From an uncultured Acidobacteriota bacterium (GTDB taxonomy: Bacteria > Acidobacteriota > Terriglobia > Acidiferrales > UBA7541), in NCBI GenBank assembly GCA_963803835.1, contig CAWDOI010000016.1, positions 3,956-67,955 of the forward strand: a stretch of DNA of 64,000 bases. Direction: 5' to 3'. The notes under the pieces are model-generated. The model had not been told where the DNA came from and did no database searches. It worked only from the letters and a program-made list of their open reading frames with translations. Within the stretch, counting starts at the first letter, position 1; the number at the start of each line of letters is the position of its first letter. Positions 1 through 7,989 of the stretch are shown here, in pieces. Both the position numbers and the translations under genes were made by a program.

Positions 1-108
1 CGCCGTCTTGGTCACGGGGGTAGTAACCGGAATCAGCATGTTGCTTTTCCAAGTGTTGAAACGCGGTCAACCACCTCGCGGACAGAACGCGACAGGTAAT
101 CACGCTAG

Positions 109-540
109 ATGAAATCAAACACGGTTATTTGCAGTACGCGTTGGCTTGCTCTATTGGTGGCAGTGCTCACCGCCACAGCGTCATGCTGCTCGTGCGCTGA
201 CAAAAGTGACCTCCGCTCGCTTATCCAAGATCGGGTCAATGCTGTCAGGGGACTTAGCGTTCCGTCCGATGCCACCGCTTTGAACAAATCCGGGCCGACT
301 TTGCGCAACTATTTGGCGACGGCAAATGGGGAATTTGAGACAGGCAGCACAAAAGATGTCTACCTATCTTGGCTAAGCCAACAGCTTGAACGTGATAACT
401 TCACACTGAAATCTTCCGACGAGTCGAACATCGTTTTCACTAAGCGTTCTCAAGATGAATCGGAATCTGTAATCGTCCACACCGCACCCTCAAATGAAAA
501 GTTGCACGTCGAGATTGCGTATACCATCGATTCCGACTAA
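109..540 (+). CDS. hypothetical secreted protein / putative lipoprotein
   Basis: 143-aa ORF. The N-terminus MKSNTVICSTRWLALLVAVLTATASCCSC has a hydrophobic signal segment ending in a lipobox-like TASC. No family recognised. Confidence 0.5.
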   Translation: MKSNTVICSTRWLALLVAVLTATASCCSCADKSDLRSLIQDRVNAVRGLSVPSDATALNKSGPTLRNYLATANGEFETGSTKDVYLSWLSQQLERDNFTLKSSDESNIVFTKRSQDESESVIVHTAPSNEKLHVEIAYTIDSD

Positions 541-617
541 GGAACAGCGCCTCGCATTTCCGATGACAACGCGGCTCAGGAATTCAATTACGGGTCGTCC
601 AATCGGGAAGTACGCAC

Positions 618-646
618 TTGACTCGAACGTTTAGGGCGCATAGGTT
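618..646 (+). promoter_or_regulatory. candidate sigma70-type promoter (TTGACT-N17-TAGGTT), 8 nt before ATG 655
   Basis: TTGACT at 618-623, a 17-nt spacer, TAGGTT at 641-646, then 8 nt (aagctttg) to ATG 655. No Shine-Dalgarno sequence in between. Same geometry as the kinase and PadR promoters. Confidence 0.35.
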
Positions 647-654
647 AAGCTTTG

Positions 655-1005
655 ATGCGTTTGGCTAGACAAATTCTTTTGGGCATGCTGGCAATCGCTC
701 TCTGGGCGTATGCAGTGGACTGCGGGGCCACAACGCCAGCGCAGGCGGTGCAGTGCTGCAATTCCATGCCATGTTCATCGCACGGCCATCATGGTCAGGA
801 TTGCTGCAAGACTATGCCGGCAATGCACGCGCCTTTCGTGCAGCCGTCATCGGTAAATAGTGCTTCCAACTCGCCCACCGTATTTGCAATTTTGCCTTTC
901 GCTAGCGAATCTCGTGGCTTAGATTCCGCTCCGCAAACTATCGCGACGCAATCCCACGCTCCACCCATCTTCCTCACTACGGCTCGTTTGCCTCTTCGAA
1001 TTTAG
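655..1005 (+). CDS. small secreted Cys/His-rich protein (possible metal-binding)
   Basis: Signal-like N-terminus MRLARQILLGMLAIALWAYA, then QCCNSMPCSSHGHHGQDCCKTMP. First gene of a co-directional cluster. Start is ATG 655 (TTG 652 is the alternative). Confidence 0.5.
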   Translation: MRLARQILLGMLAIALWAYAVDCGATTPAQAVQCCNSMPCSSHGHHGQDCCKTMPAMHAPFVQPSSVNSASNSPTVFAILPFASESRGLDSAPQTIATQSHAPPIFLTTARLPLRI

Positions 1006-1076
1006 CCTGTTCTCCAGTCGCCCCCGGCTTGATGCATTGGTGTGTTTGGGAATTTCTATTTCTACTGGAGGAGTTC

Positions 1077-2033
1077 GTGAGAGTTCGAAAGGCAATTTGC
1101 TTTGCATGGGCGCTGCGAGTGTGTATGGCGCTCGCCCTATTTTCTTGTGCTCACGCTGTCCGAGGGCAAGGCCCTGCCCCGGAGACGGCCCCTCCGTTGT
1201 TCCCCGGTGGAGGACTCTTTTCCTACAATTCCGTCTTCACTACACGCGGATTAATGCCGGAATCAGTGGGGAATATTCCTCTGACTGCACGGCCTACTTT
1301 TTCACATGAAGGCGTCTTTAATTTCACGTGGGGGTTTTACCACAATTTTGATTTGACGATCCTCGTTCCGATAGTCACGAATCACTTTCAGAGCGCTAAT
1401 GAGTCAGCAATTGGGGGAACAGGTCTTGGTGATGCGATGGTGCTGGTGAAGTACCGCTTTTATCGACGAGATTCGGAACGGGGGACAACGCAGGCATCCG
1501 CCACGTTCGGGCCGAAGGTTCGGACGGGCCGTACAGATTTGAGCGACGGAATTGACCGTCGCCTGCCTGCGAGCTTACAACCCGGATCGGGTTCTACCGA
1601 TTTCTTCATTGCGGCTAATTGGACTTACACCGGCCTTTTCAACTTTAGGCGTCTAGTCGCTGATGAGGATTTTCACTCGCTTTTGCGTACACAAGGATCA
1701 AAAACGACTCGCCTCGGCAGCGACATTGAATCACGTTTCTGGTTGTCGTATCGGCCCTATGAATCGAAGAACGTGACCCGCGAATGGTTCATCGGTCCGG
1801 TCTTGACTTGGCTGCACTCTCAGGATGACCGCATCGCGGGAGCCGCTCAGAGCGGCAGTGGGGGCGATTTGTTGCTTGCCGGAGTCACGACATACGCAGG
1901 GCTGCGTCCCGGAATGCACGTTTGGCTCGGGATGGATTGGGACGTAGCGCATTCAACGGGTTCGATGTTCATGCCCGTGCGCCGTCACATTAGTTTCGGT
2001 ATCACACAGCAATTTCGGATGCATCTCTGGTGA
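1077..2033 (+). CDS. putative outer-membrane beta-barrel protein (resembles the MetA-pathway/'transporter' OMP family)
   Basis: GTG 1077 follows GGAGGAG (1067-1073). Signal peptide VRVRKAICFAWALRVCMALALFSCAHA. Alternating aromatic/polar strands, GDAMVLVKYRFY motif, C-terminal aromatic residue (LW). Family assignment is from memory only. Confidence 0.55.
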   Translation: MRVRKAICFAWALRVCMALALFSCAHAVRGQGPAPETAPPLFPGGGLFSYNSVFTTRGLMPESVGNIPLTARPTFSHEGVFNFTWGFYHNFDLTILVPIVTNHFQSANESAIGGTGLGDAMVLVKYRFYRRDSERGTTQASATFGPKVRTGRTDLSDGIDRRLPASLQPGSGSTDFFIAANWTYTGLFNFRRLVADEDFHSLLRTQGSKTTRLGSDIESRFWLSYRPYESKNVTREWFIGPVLTWLHSQDDRIAGAAQSGSGGDLLLAGVTTYAGLRPGMHVWLGMDWDVAHSTGSMFMPVRRHISFGITQQFRMHLW

Positions 2034-2044
2034 AAGGAGGAGCG

Positions 2045-2569
2045 ATGAATACGAGAAAACTCGCGCTATTGGCACTGCTCGGTTTGATGTTCGTGCCAAC
2101 CGCCCAAGCGCAAATCAAGCATATCGAAATGCGCGTCGAAGGCATGACCTGAAATTTTTGAGCATACGGGGTGAAACAGCACCTCGGACGCCAGTCTGGC
2201 GTTCAAAACGTCGAAGTTAGCTTGATCGATGGGAAAGTCGAAGTGACGCCGAAAGAGGATGGGCAGATTGACCCCGCTCAACTTCTCAAGGCGACTTACG
2301 ACAGTGGTGTGACCGTCGCAGAAATGGAAATGACCGCACAGGGAAAGATCGTGAAGGACTCTTCGGGCAATCTGGCATTGCAGGTTGAACCGAATCGGTC
2401 GTTTGCGTTCGCACCGAATGAGTTGTCGAAAGGGTTTGAATCTCTTGCGGATTCCCAAACGGTGGTCACAGTTCGTGGTCAGTTATTCAAGAAGTCGGGG
2501 GGCAAAAAGAAAATGGATGCGTCCGTTCCGCTGAAGCTGCTGATTCTCGAAGTGCAGAAGAAGGAATAA
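2045..2569 (+). CDS. periplasmic MerP-like heavy-metal-associated (HMA) domain protein with two in-frame TGA codons at the CxxC positions (predicted UxxU selenoprotein)
   Basis: ATG 2045 follows AAGGAGGAG. Signal peptide MNTRKLALLALLGLMFVPTAQA, then IEMRVEGMT-TGA(2150)-NF-TGA(2159)-AYGVKQHLGRQSGVQNVEVSLIDGKVEVT. The frame is continuous with ORF-track entry 2171..2569. The two TGAs fall exactly on the GMTCxxC cysteines. Confidence 0.7.
2168..2204 (+). promoter_or_regulatory. two adjacent hairpins, candidate bacterial SECIS element(s)
   Basis: Hairpin 1: GGGGUG (2168-2173) / CACCUC (2180-2185), loop AAACAG. Hairpin 2: GGACGCC (2186-2192) / GGCGUUC (2198-2204), loop AGUCU. Apical loops lie 24 nt after TGA-1 and 34 nt after TGA-2. 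Confidence 0.4.
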
Positions 2570-3097
2570 ATGCTGAGAATAAGTGTGTTGCTCCTGAGCG
2601 TCGCTGCGGTTGGACTCGCCGGGTGTAATCAGCATTCGGCGAGCCCGCCTCAGCCGAAGTCCATAATCGTCGCCGGTGAGATTGGCTCCCGCTTACCTGA
2701 CTTCACCGCGAAGGATTTGCAGGGACGCGGGATTTCCTCGGCTGAACTGCGTGGCAAAGTGGTGCTAATTGATTTTTGGGCGACGTGGTGTCAGCCGTGC
2801 AAACAGGAGATGCCGGGGTATCAGAAACTCCTAGATCGCTACGGTTCTCGCGGATTCGCAGTTATCGGATTCAAATTCGACACGATGGCGGATACAGAGA
2901 ACCCCGTTCTGTTCGCTAAGACAATCGAAGTTCGCTATCCGCTTGCCGTAGCATCAACCGACTTGAAGCAGAAGTTTGGCGGCATTGAAGGCTTGCCAAC
3001 AACACTGCTATATGACCGACAAGGAATACTCCGCAAAAAGATCATCGGGTTTGAATATACGGATGTCATTGAATCGGATATAAAGCAACTCTTCTGA
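2570..3097 (+). CDS. TlpA/ResA-like thioredoxin-fold thiol:disulfide oxidoreductase lipoprotein
   Basis: Lipobox LAGC. The motif FWATWCQPC contains the CxxC. The ATG directly abuts the stop of the HMA gene (TAAATG). Confidence 0.85.
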   Translation: MLRISVLLLSVAAVGLAGCNQHSASPPQPKSIIVAGEIGSRLPDFTAKDLQGRGISSAELRGKVVLIDFWATWCQPCKQEMPGYQKLLDRYGSRGFAVIGFKFDTMADTENPVLFAKTIEVRYPLAVASTDLKQKFGGIEGLPTTLLYDRQGILRKKIIGFEYTDVIESDIKQLF

Positions 3098-3132
3098 ACT
3101 GTGCGAAGGAAACCAATCTGGAGAACTACGCC

Positions 3133-3522
3133 CTAGCGATGTGCCATCTTCTGGGCCATGTACAACAGAAGACGCTTGTCGGGTTCTTTGATCCTTGATA
3201 ACAACCGGCGAAAGCGCCCCAGAAAACTCGCTTCCTTATCCGTGCTGCCAAACGCGATGTCGTCAGCGGTCTTCCTCTTCAGAAGATGCGGCAACTTGGG
3301 CGGTTGCTCCCCTTCATAGAAAAGCTGATATAGGGGAATCTCCATCGCACTCGCGAGTTTCTCCAGCGTCTCAATCGCCGGAACGGTGTGACCGTTTTCG
3401 ACGCGCGAAATGTAGCAACGCAGAAGACCGGTGCGTTTCTCGATGTCGCCCTGCGAAAGTTTCTTTGATTCTCGAAGTGAGCGAAGCCGATCACCAATTA
3501 TCATAGCGGCAGTGTTTACCAT
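3133..3522 (-). CDS. XRE-family helix-turn-helix transcriptional regulator
   Basis: IGDRLRSLRESKKLSQGDIEKRTGLLRCYISRVENGHTVPAIETLEKLASAM is a classic Cro/C1 HTH. Start chosen at MVNTAAM (3522); 3504 is also possible. The longer ORF-track form is unlikely. Confidence 0.8.
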   Translation of the reverse strand: MVNTAAMIIGDRLRSLRESKKLSQGDIEKRTGLLRCYISRVENGHTVPAIETLEKLASAMEIPLYQLFYEGEQPPKLPHLLKRKTADDIAFGSTDKEASFLGRFRRLLSRIKEPDKRLLLYMAQKMAHR

Positions 3523-3750
3523 TCTTATATGACAGGTGCAACAATAAACTTTGGGCTTCCTAGTTGTATGGGGAATGCAAAGACCTCGTTCAGCGGCATA
3601 CTCCGCAACCAACAAAAAAAGGCCACGCGGTCTGTTCTCACTGATTGCCTAATCGCTTCCCTGCGTGCGATTCGGTGTCTTAGGACCTGCAAAATACGCA
3701 TCCTAGAGTATGCTAGCGAATCAGCCACCTTCGGCTCAGGAGTCGCGAAC

Positions 3751-3975
3751 ATGCCGGACGAGGAGTGGATCAAGAAACTTGAAGACGGCAGGAAGGTGAA
3801 ATTCATCTACCAAGAACTTCCGGAAGACGGGGCTTTCATCACCGCCCAAATTGAGGGTAATGAGGTCGTCTATTCAGTCGTGTTGGCAAAAGCAAGAAAC
3901 CAGCTCAGTCGCGAAGATGTTGAAAGCCATTTCAAAAGCGAGCTTTCAAAGAAATCGCACGGCTCAATTTGGTGA
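3751..3975 (+). CDS. hypothetical small protein
   Basis: ATG 3751 follows AGGAG. 74 aa, MPDEEWIKKLEDGRKVKF... No family recognised. Confidence 0.35.
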   Translation: MPDEEWIKKLEDGRKVKFIYQELPEDGAFITAQIEGNEVVYSVVLAKARNQLSREDVESHFKSELSKKSHGSIW

Positions 3976-4148
3976 CGGCTTGACAAAGAATAGAATCAAC
4001 GCAGACTTCCCCAACATATTGGATTATCCAAGTCTCGTGTCGCTGCGGGAAAGAGTAGGCCGTGCGGCAGGGGCAAGGATCGCTGATGAAAGAAAATCGA
4101 ACAAAAAGCCCTCTGAAAGAAAGCTCTCATTAACGCGAAATCCTTGAC

Positions 4149-4358
4149 ATGGCAAAGGATCGCATTCCGACGCGCCCTTCAATTAGCCCGCTAACCTTGC
4201 CCTGTCCGTCGTGCGGCGCTGAGCCGGGCAAACCCTGCGAACCTTCATCGGAGGGCCATCCCGAAGTTGTGCACGTCGCACGGATCAATGCCGCCGCCAA
4301 AATGGACGTGGCGACGAAGAAAAGCCGCCGCCGCCCAACAACCCATTGTGAGTTTTAG
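4149..4358 (+). CDS. small Cys-rich zinc-finger-like protein
   Basis: CPSCGAEPGKPC...HPEVVHVARI motif followed by a basic tail. No SD sequence seen. Confidence 0.35.
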   Translation: MAKDRIPTRPSISPLTLPCPSCGAEPGKPCEPSSEGHPEVVHVARINAAAKMDVATKKSRRRPTTHCEF

Positions 4359-4449
4359 TGCCTGTGGCGGTCTGTGTAGCCGCATACATGAAAACTTTAG
4401 CTGGTCTTCGCCCGTTTGTACGCCTAATCTCCCGACCAAGGAAGATAAC

Positions 4450-4701
4450 ATGGCTGTCTTCTTAATAACCTGCGACCTTCGAAATCCAGACTTCGACTAT
4501 GAGCCGTTATTTGAAGCACTAAAGACAATAAGAGCTGACCAAATCCAGGATTCTGTTTGGAGGGTAGATACACCATCTACTGTGGAAATAGTTTATGAAT
4601 ATTTATGGCGGCATATGCACAGTAAACGAGATCGTCTGTTCGTAGTCCCGTATGATAAATCGCGTGAGTATCGTGCGGAATTTGGACGGCGGAAGGCATG
4701 A
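4450..4701 (+). CDS. hypothetical protein
   Basis: ATG 4450 follows AAGGAAG. 83 aa, MAVFLITCDLRNPDFDYEPLFEALK... Confidence 0.5.
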   Translation: MAVFLITCDLRNPDFDYEPLFEALKTIRADQIQDSVWRVDTPSTVEIVYEYLWRHMHSKRDRLFVVPYDKSREYRAEFGRRKA

Positions 4702-4859
4702 AAAATCTTTACAGCGTCGTCCAGCCTTTTGAAGCGAAAGCCGCCATTTCAGGACGTGAGCACAAATTTCTAACGGGCGAGGATTTCGAGTGTGACCCTG
4801 CGAGGCCCGGTGACATTATCATGATCGAAGCCGACGAATTTGCCTTTTTCGTTGAATGA
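4698..4859 (+). CDS. hypothetical small protein (53 aa, below the ORF-track cutoff)
   Basis: ATG 4698 overlaps the upstream stop (ATGA). Own translation: MKNLYSVVQPFEAKAAISGREHKFLTGEDFECDPARPGDIIMIEADEFAFFVE. Confidence 0.35.
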   Translation: MKNLYSVVQPFEAKAAISGREHKFLTGEDFECDPARPGDIIMIEADEFAFFVE

Positions 4860-4943
4860 CCCGTTTTTAAGGCGCGCTGCGTCTTCAAGGGCATTAGTGT
4901 TGCGTGAATGTTTAGACACGGAATTGAGGCCGCGCTATGCGGT

Positions 4944-5135
4944 TTAAACCAACCGCTTGGGCGAGCGAGTGATCTTGTCGAAGAACCGCTTGTCGCAGTC
5001 CGAGCAACGATAAGGGCTCAGCCCAATTAACCGGTATATCGTGGCTTCAAGAATGCCCTTGCGCACAGAACGTCGTAGCGATTCGCTACCGCACCGCGGG
5101 CACACGTGTACTCGCTTTCGAATATCGTCCGCCAT
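4944..5135 (-). CDS. zinc-ribbon protein, paralog A
   Basis: 63 aa with CPRCGS...CSDCDKRF (two CxxC pairs). Paralog of 7798..7989. Confidence 0.6.
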   Translation of the reverse strand: MADDIRKRVHVCPRCGSESLRRSVRKGILEATIYRLIGLSPYRCSDCDKRFFDKITRSPKRLV

Positions 5136-5137
5136 AG
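5008..5137. repeat. 130-bp segment identical to 7862..7991
   Basis: Base-by-base comparison by eye. The identity covers the 5-prime two thirds of the zinc-ribbon gene plus 2 nt upstream; the flanks diverge. Confidence 0.9.
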
Positions 5138-5222
5138 TCCCTTTAGAAATTGTGCAAGACCTTCACAGCAACGCATACTTTTTCGATCCGGCACGCAGAA
5201 ATTGAAGTGGCGCGCGGTGATT

Positions 5223-5498
5223 TCACACTGGGGTAGGCTCTTCAGCCCCGACGCTCGCTTCTATCCCATACTTTGCGAGGATGCGAATAATTTGTTGGTC
5301 TCGTATGGCACGGGTTCGATACACGATGGCATTCGTTCGGCCCCTTGCGCTCTCATCAATAAGCATCATCTTCCCGGTAAGCGTGAAAGAAGGAACATGC
5401 TCTGCCTTCAGTTCGTCTAACAAGCGTTCCCATGTTTCCTTGCGTAGCGTCCCTGCACCGAAGATGTCGATATGGTCGTGCCAAACAGTGGCGTCCAT
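5223..5498 (-). CDS. hypothetical protein
   Basis: ATG follows AGGAGAG. 91 aa, no family recognised. Confidence 0.5.
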   Translation of the reverse strand: MDATVWHDHIDIFGAGTLRKETWERLLDELKAEHVPSFTLTGKMMLIDESARGRTNAIVYRTRAIRDQQIIRILAKYGIEASVGAEEPTPV

Positions 5499-5633
5499 TG
5501 GTCTCTCCTACTCAGGAATCGTTGTCACTCCCGGTCGCCTGATTCCGAAGGATAAATTCCACCAACGCACTCGACAGATAGTCGAGGAAGAAACACATCA
5601 GTCGATTCCCGCATCGCGTCCTAAGCTGGGTAC

Positions 5634-5840
5634 CTATTTCTTCTTCCAAAGTTCCAGTAGTTCGCGGCCATTCTTAGTGATCGAGATCGCAAGATATTCA
5701 CGTTCGTGCGACTGCATATTGGTAACGTCGCTCACGGTGATGTACCCGCGTTCGTGCAAGAGCTTAATACTCGGTCGGTCGGGCTGCTCGCCTCTGGAAA
5801 ATGCCTCTAATGCTCTTATGATATCTTCAGTTTCCGTCAT
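5634..5840 (-). CDS. hypothetical protein
   Basis: ATG follows GGAGG. 68 aa, MTETEDIIRALEAFSRGEQPDRPSIKLLHERGYITV... Confidence 0.5.
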   Translation of the reverse strand: MTETEDIIRALEAFSRGEQPDRPSIKLLHERGYITVSDVTNMQSHEREYLAISITKNGRELLELWKKK

Positions 5841-5915
5841 CCCCCCCCTCCTTCAGAAGTCAAGATCAAGCTCGTCGAATGCCCGCTTGCTGCTCAGGGC
5901 CGCTACGGATAACCG

Positions 5916-6086
5916 TCAAGAGCGCCCCTTCAATTCACCGATATCCAGTTCAATACCGCGCAGAGCGTCAGCGAGCGCGGAAAGACCGTTGACCACGTTC
6001 CACATTATCGGGTCTGTATCGCGATCTATCCTTTTGAGCGCTTCTTGAAAACTAGATCGAGCCGCATTCGTCGCATTTGGATTCAT
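5916..6086 (-). CDS. hypothetical small protein (56 aa, below the ORF-track cutoff)
   Basis: Own translation: MNPNATNAARSSFQEALKRIDRDTDPIMWNVVNGLSALADALRGIELDIGELKGRS. The ATG overlaps the stop of 6083..6253 (ATGA). Confidence 0.3.
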   Translation of the reverse strand: MNPNATNAARSSFQEALKRIDRDTDPIMWNVVNGLSALADALRGIELDIGELKGRS

Positions 6087-6253
6087 TTCAATAATTCCCC
6101 TGCGTGCCGTTTGGGCTGATGGGTATGCTTTCTGATGACGTGCAATGCAAAAGTTAGGGCGTCTACTTCCTCGTCGCCCACACCCGAGTACGTTTCAACT
6201 TGCTTGCAAATGGCGCAAGGAACTTTGTAACCGCTTCCGGGATTGACGGTCAC
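6083..6253 (-). CDS. hypothetical small protein (56 aa, GTG start, below the ORF-track cutoff)
   Basis: Own translation: VTVNPGSGYKVPCAICKQVETYSGVGDEEVDALTFALHVIRKHTHQPKRHAGELLK. No SD sequence. Only the coupling to the next ORF supports it. Confidence 0.25.
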   Translation of the reverse strand: MTVNPGSGYKVPCAICKQVETYSGVGDEEVDALTFALHVIRKHTHQPKRHAGELLK

Positions 6254-6424
6254 ATGGAGATGCTTGCGTCGCGAGAAATGTCTGATTTCGCAAGGAACCG
6301 CAGAATGTAGGTCGGAGGCGGAAAGATGCTAGTGAGACTTAACGAGCGTACTCTCTTTCAATGTCCAATACGATCTCCGAATATCGAATCCGGGCGTTCC
6401 GTCTCAAATAAGTTTCCAGCGCGA

Positions 6425-6574
6425 TCAGCGCGCGCCGAAAAAATGCACAACCAAGCACAGAAGGGCCAAGATAAGCAGAATATGGATTATCGCGGTTACG
6501 ACGTGAAATATCAGAAACGCAATGACCCAGACGACGGCGAGGACAGCGGCAAGGGCGAGGAAACCGTAGCGCAC
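6425..6574 (-). CDS. small hydrophobic membrane protein, lmo0937-like (49 aa, below the ORF-track cutoff)
   Basis: GTG 6574 follows GGAGG. Own translation: MRYGFLALAAVLAVVWVIAFLIFHVVTAIIHILLILALLCLVVHFFGAR. Two TM helices and an HILLILA motif, as remembered for that family. Confidence 0.5.
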   Translation of the reverse strand: MRYGFLALAAVLAVVWVIAFLIFHVVTAIIHILLILALLCLVVHFFGAR

Positions 6575-6926
6575 GGTCCACCTCCGACCGGATGCTACCA
6601 CGATTCACTTATGGCGGTTCGTTAGCGCCGGTCTCGCGCCACAATTGCGAACAATCATTACGCCGGTCACGCTCCGGCGGCGGTCGCTTTCATGGGCCAG
6701 CCTGCCGTGCTTTCTGGCGGGCTGAGCCACCCGAGGGGCGCACGAGTTGCCGTTTCCGGCCGGGCTGTGTTTGCTCCCAAGAGAGGGTTCGAGGGGCTGG
6801 CAAAGAGCAAGGATGCGAAGCAGCCGAAAAATGCTATCGAAAGCATGAATTGGTCTTTCGCGCCGGGGCCGTAAGCTATAATCTGACACGAAGGATGACA
6901 TTGAGTCGAAGTGCAGGAGGCAATAC

Positions 6927-7118
6927 ATGGCTACTGAATCCAAGGTAACTGTCCCGAAGCAGGGCGAACGTGTCGGTGCTACTCAGCATGAAGGCATTTT
7001 TGAAGTTGTTGGCGTCAACGCGCTCATGCAGTCGGCAAATATCAGGTTGGTTGATGGAAGCGGGCACGTCATACCAAATGTGGCTTGGACTGCCTTGAAA
7101 GTTCTCGACAAGAAGTAA
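6927..7118 (+). CDS. hypothetical small protein
   Basis: ATG follows GCAGGAGG. TATAAT at 6889-6894 lies upstream. 63 aa. Confidence 0.5.
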   Translation: MATESKVTVPKQGERVGATQHEGIFEVVGVNALMQSANIRLVDGSGHVIPNVAWTALKVLDKK

Positions 7119-7223
7119 GTTTGCGTGGTGAGTATTTATCAATAATTCGCATTTCGCGGATCAACCGCTCGAACGGAACGAGCAGCAGCTTCCTAATTGC
7201 TAGAAGTTAAGGCGCGACGGCAC

Positions 7224-7700
7224 TCATGGCTTCTGCTTTTTAGGGGACGGCAGGTTCTCAAAAATATATTCGAAGTGCCTGAACATCCGATATACCGTTC
7301 CAACCGCATCTGTCTTGGACCCGTCAGGATGTTCCATTCGGATTTCCTCTCCGGCCCCAAGAACTCTTCTGCGGGATAAATTAAGGAGCCCCGCTGCGCC
7401 CGGTTTCATTTGCACGGATTTCACCAAGGCCGGTTCGGCCCCGCACCTAACGGCGGATTTGAAGTGTTTTTGCTGGTTAACAATCTGATTGCAGATTTTC
7501 CAATCTAGGCCGGGGTACAACCTCTTGGCCTCATTCTTCTGCGCTTTGCTGGTGGTTGGGTCACGCTCAATACATCCGGGCAAGGAATTTGCAGCCTGAA
7601 TGAAATCAACAAGGTCATGGCGGTTGAAATCTTCATCCAACAGCCGGTGATACACCCTCTTCAACTTTTCGTAGCGTTCTCGTGCGGTCGGATGGAGCAT
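7224..7700 (-). CDS. hypothetical protein
   Basis: 158-aa ORF, no family recognised, no clear SD sequence. Confidence 0.45.
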   Translation of the reverse strand: MLHPTARERYEKLKRVYHRLLDEDFNRHDLVDFIQAANSLPGCIERDPTTSKAQKNEAKRLYPGLDWKICNQIVNQQKHFKSAVRCGAEPALVKSVQMKPGAAGLLNLSRRRVLGAGEEIRMEHPDGSKTDAVGTVYRMFRHFEYIFENLPSPKKQKP

Positions 7701-7797
7701 GCCGGAACTTTATCACAAGCTCGCCCGGCTGGCTTCCGTGAGCTTCCCTCTTCGGAGATGGAACCGAAAAAGTCCGCGAAAGCCGCTTCACTGGCCC

Positions 7798-7989
7798 TTA
7801 GATCGAACGCTTCGGTGAGCGAGTGATCCTGTCGATAAATCTCTTGCCGCAATCTGAACAGCGATAAGGGCTCAGCCCAATTAACCGGTATATCGTGGCT
7901 TCAAGAATGCCCTTGCGCACAGAACGTCGTAGCGATTCGCTACCGCACCGCGGGCACACGTGTACTCGCTTTCGAATATCGTCCGCCAT
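7798..7989 (-). CDS. zinc-ribbon protein, paralog B
   Basis: MADDIRKRVHVCPRCGSESLRRSVRKGILEATIYRLIGLSPYRCSDCGKRF... Start taken at the MADD methionine by analogy with paralog A, not at the 133-aa ORF-track start. Confidence 0.6.
   Translation of the reverse strand: MADDIRKRVHVCPRCGSESLRRSVRKGILEATIYRLIGLSPYRCSDCGKRFIDRITRSPKRSI

Noticed and set aside
1-39. Possible 5-prime end of a minus-strand gene (ATG at 39-37, MLIPVTTPVTKTA...) running off the left edge.
   Set aside because: Only 13 codons are visible, which is too little to support a call.
2066-2458. 130-aa minus-strand ORF antisense to the HMA gene.
   Set aside because: It is antisense to a gene with clear domain homology, has no SD sequence, and its composition is not protein-like.
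2171-2569. ORF-track reading of the HMA gene as a stand-alone GTG-start 132-aa protein, with 2045-2152 as a separate 35-codon ORF.
   Set aside because: Both pieces are in one frame. The split falls exactly on the two CxxC cysteine positions. It leaves a signal peptide without cargo and an HMA domain without its metal loop. Sec readthrough is the simpler reading, although a doubly mutated pseudogene cannot be excluded from sequence alone.
6326-6625. ORF-track entries 6326-6625 (+) and 6339-6608 (-).
   Set aside because: Neither looks protein-like. The third minus frame encodes a clean two-TM peptide preceded by GGAGG, which explains the open frames.
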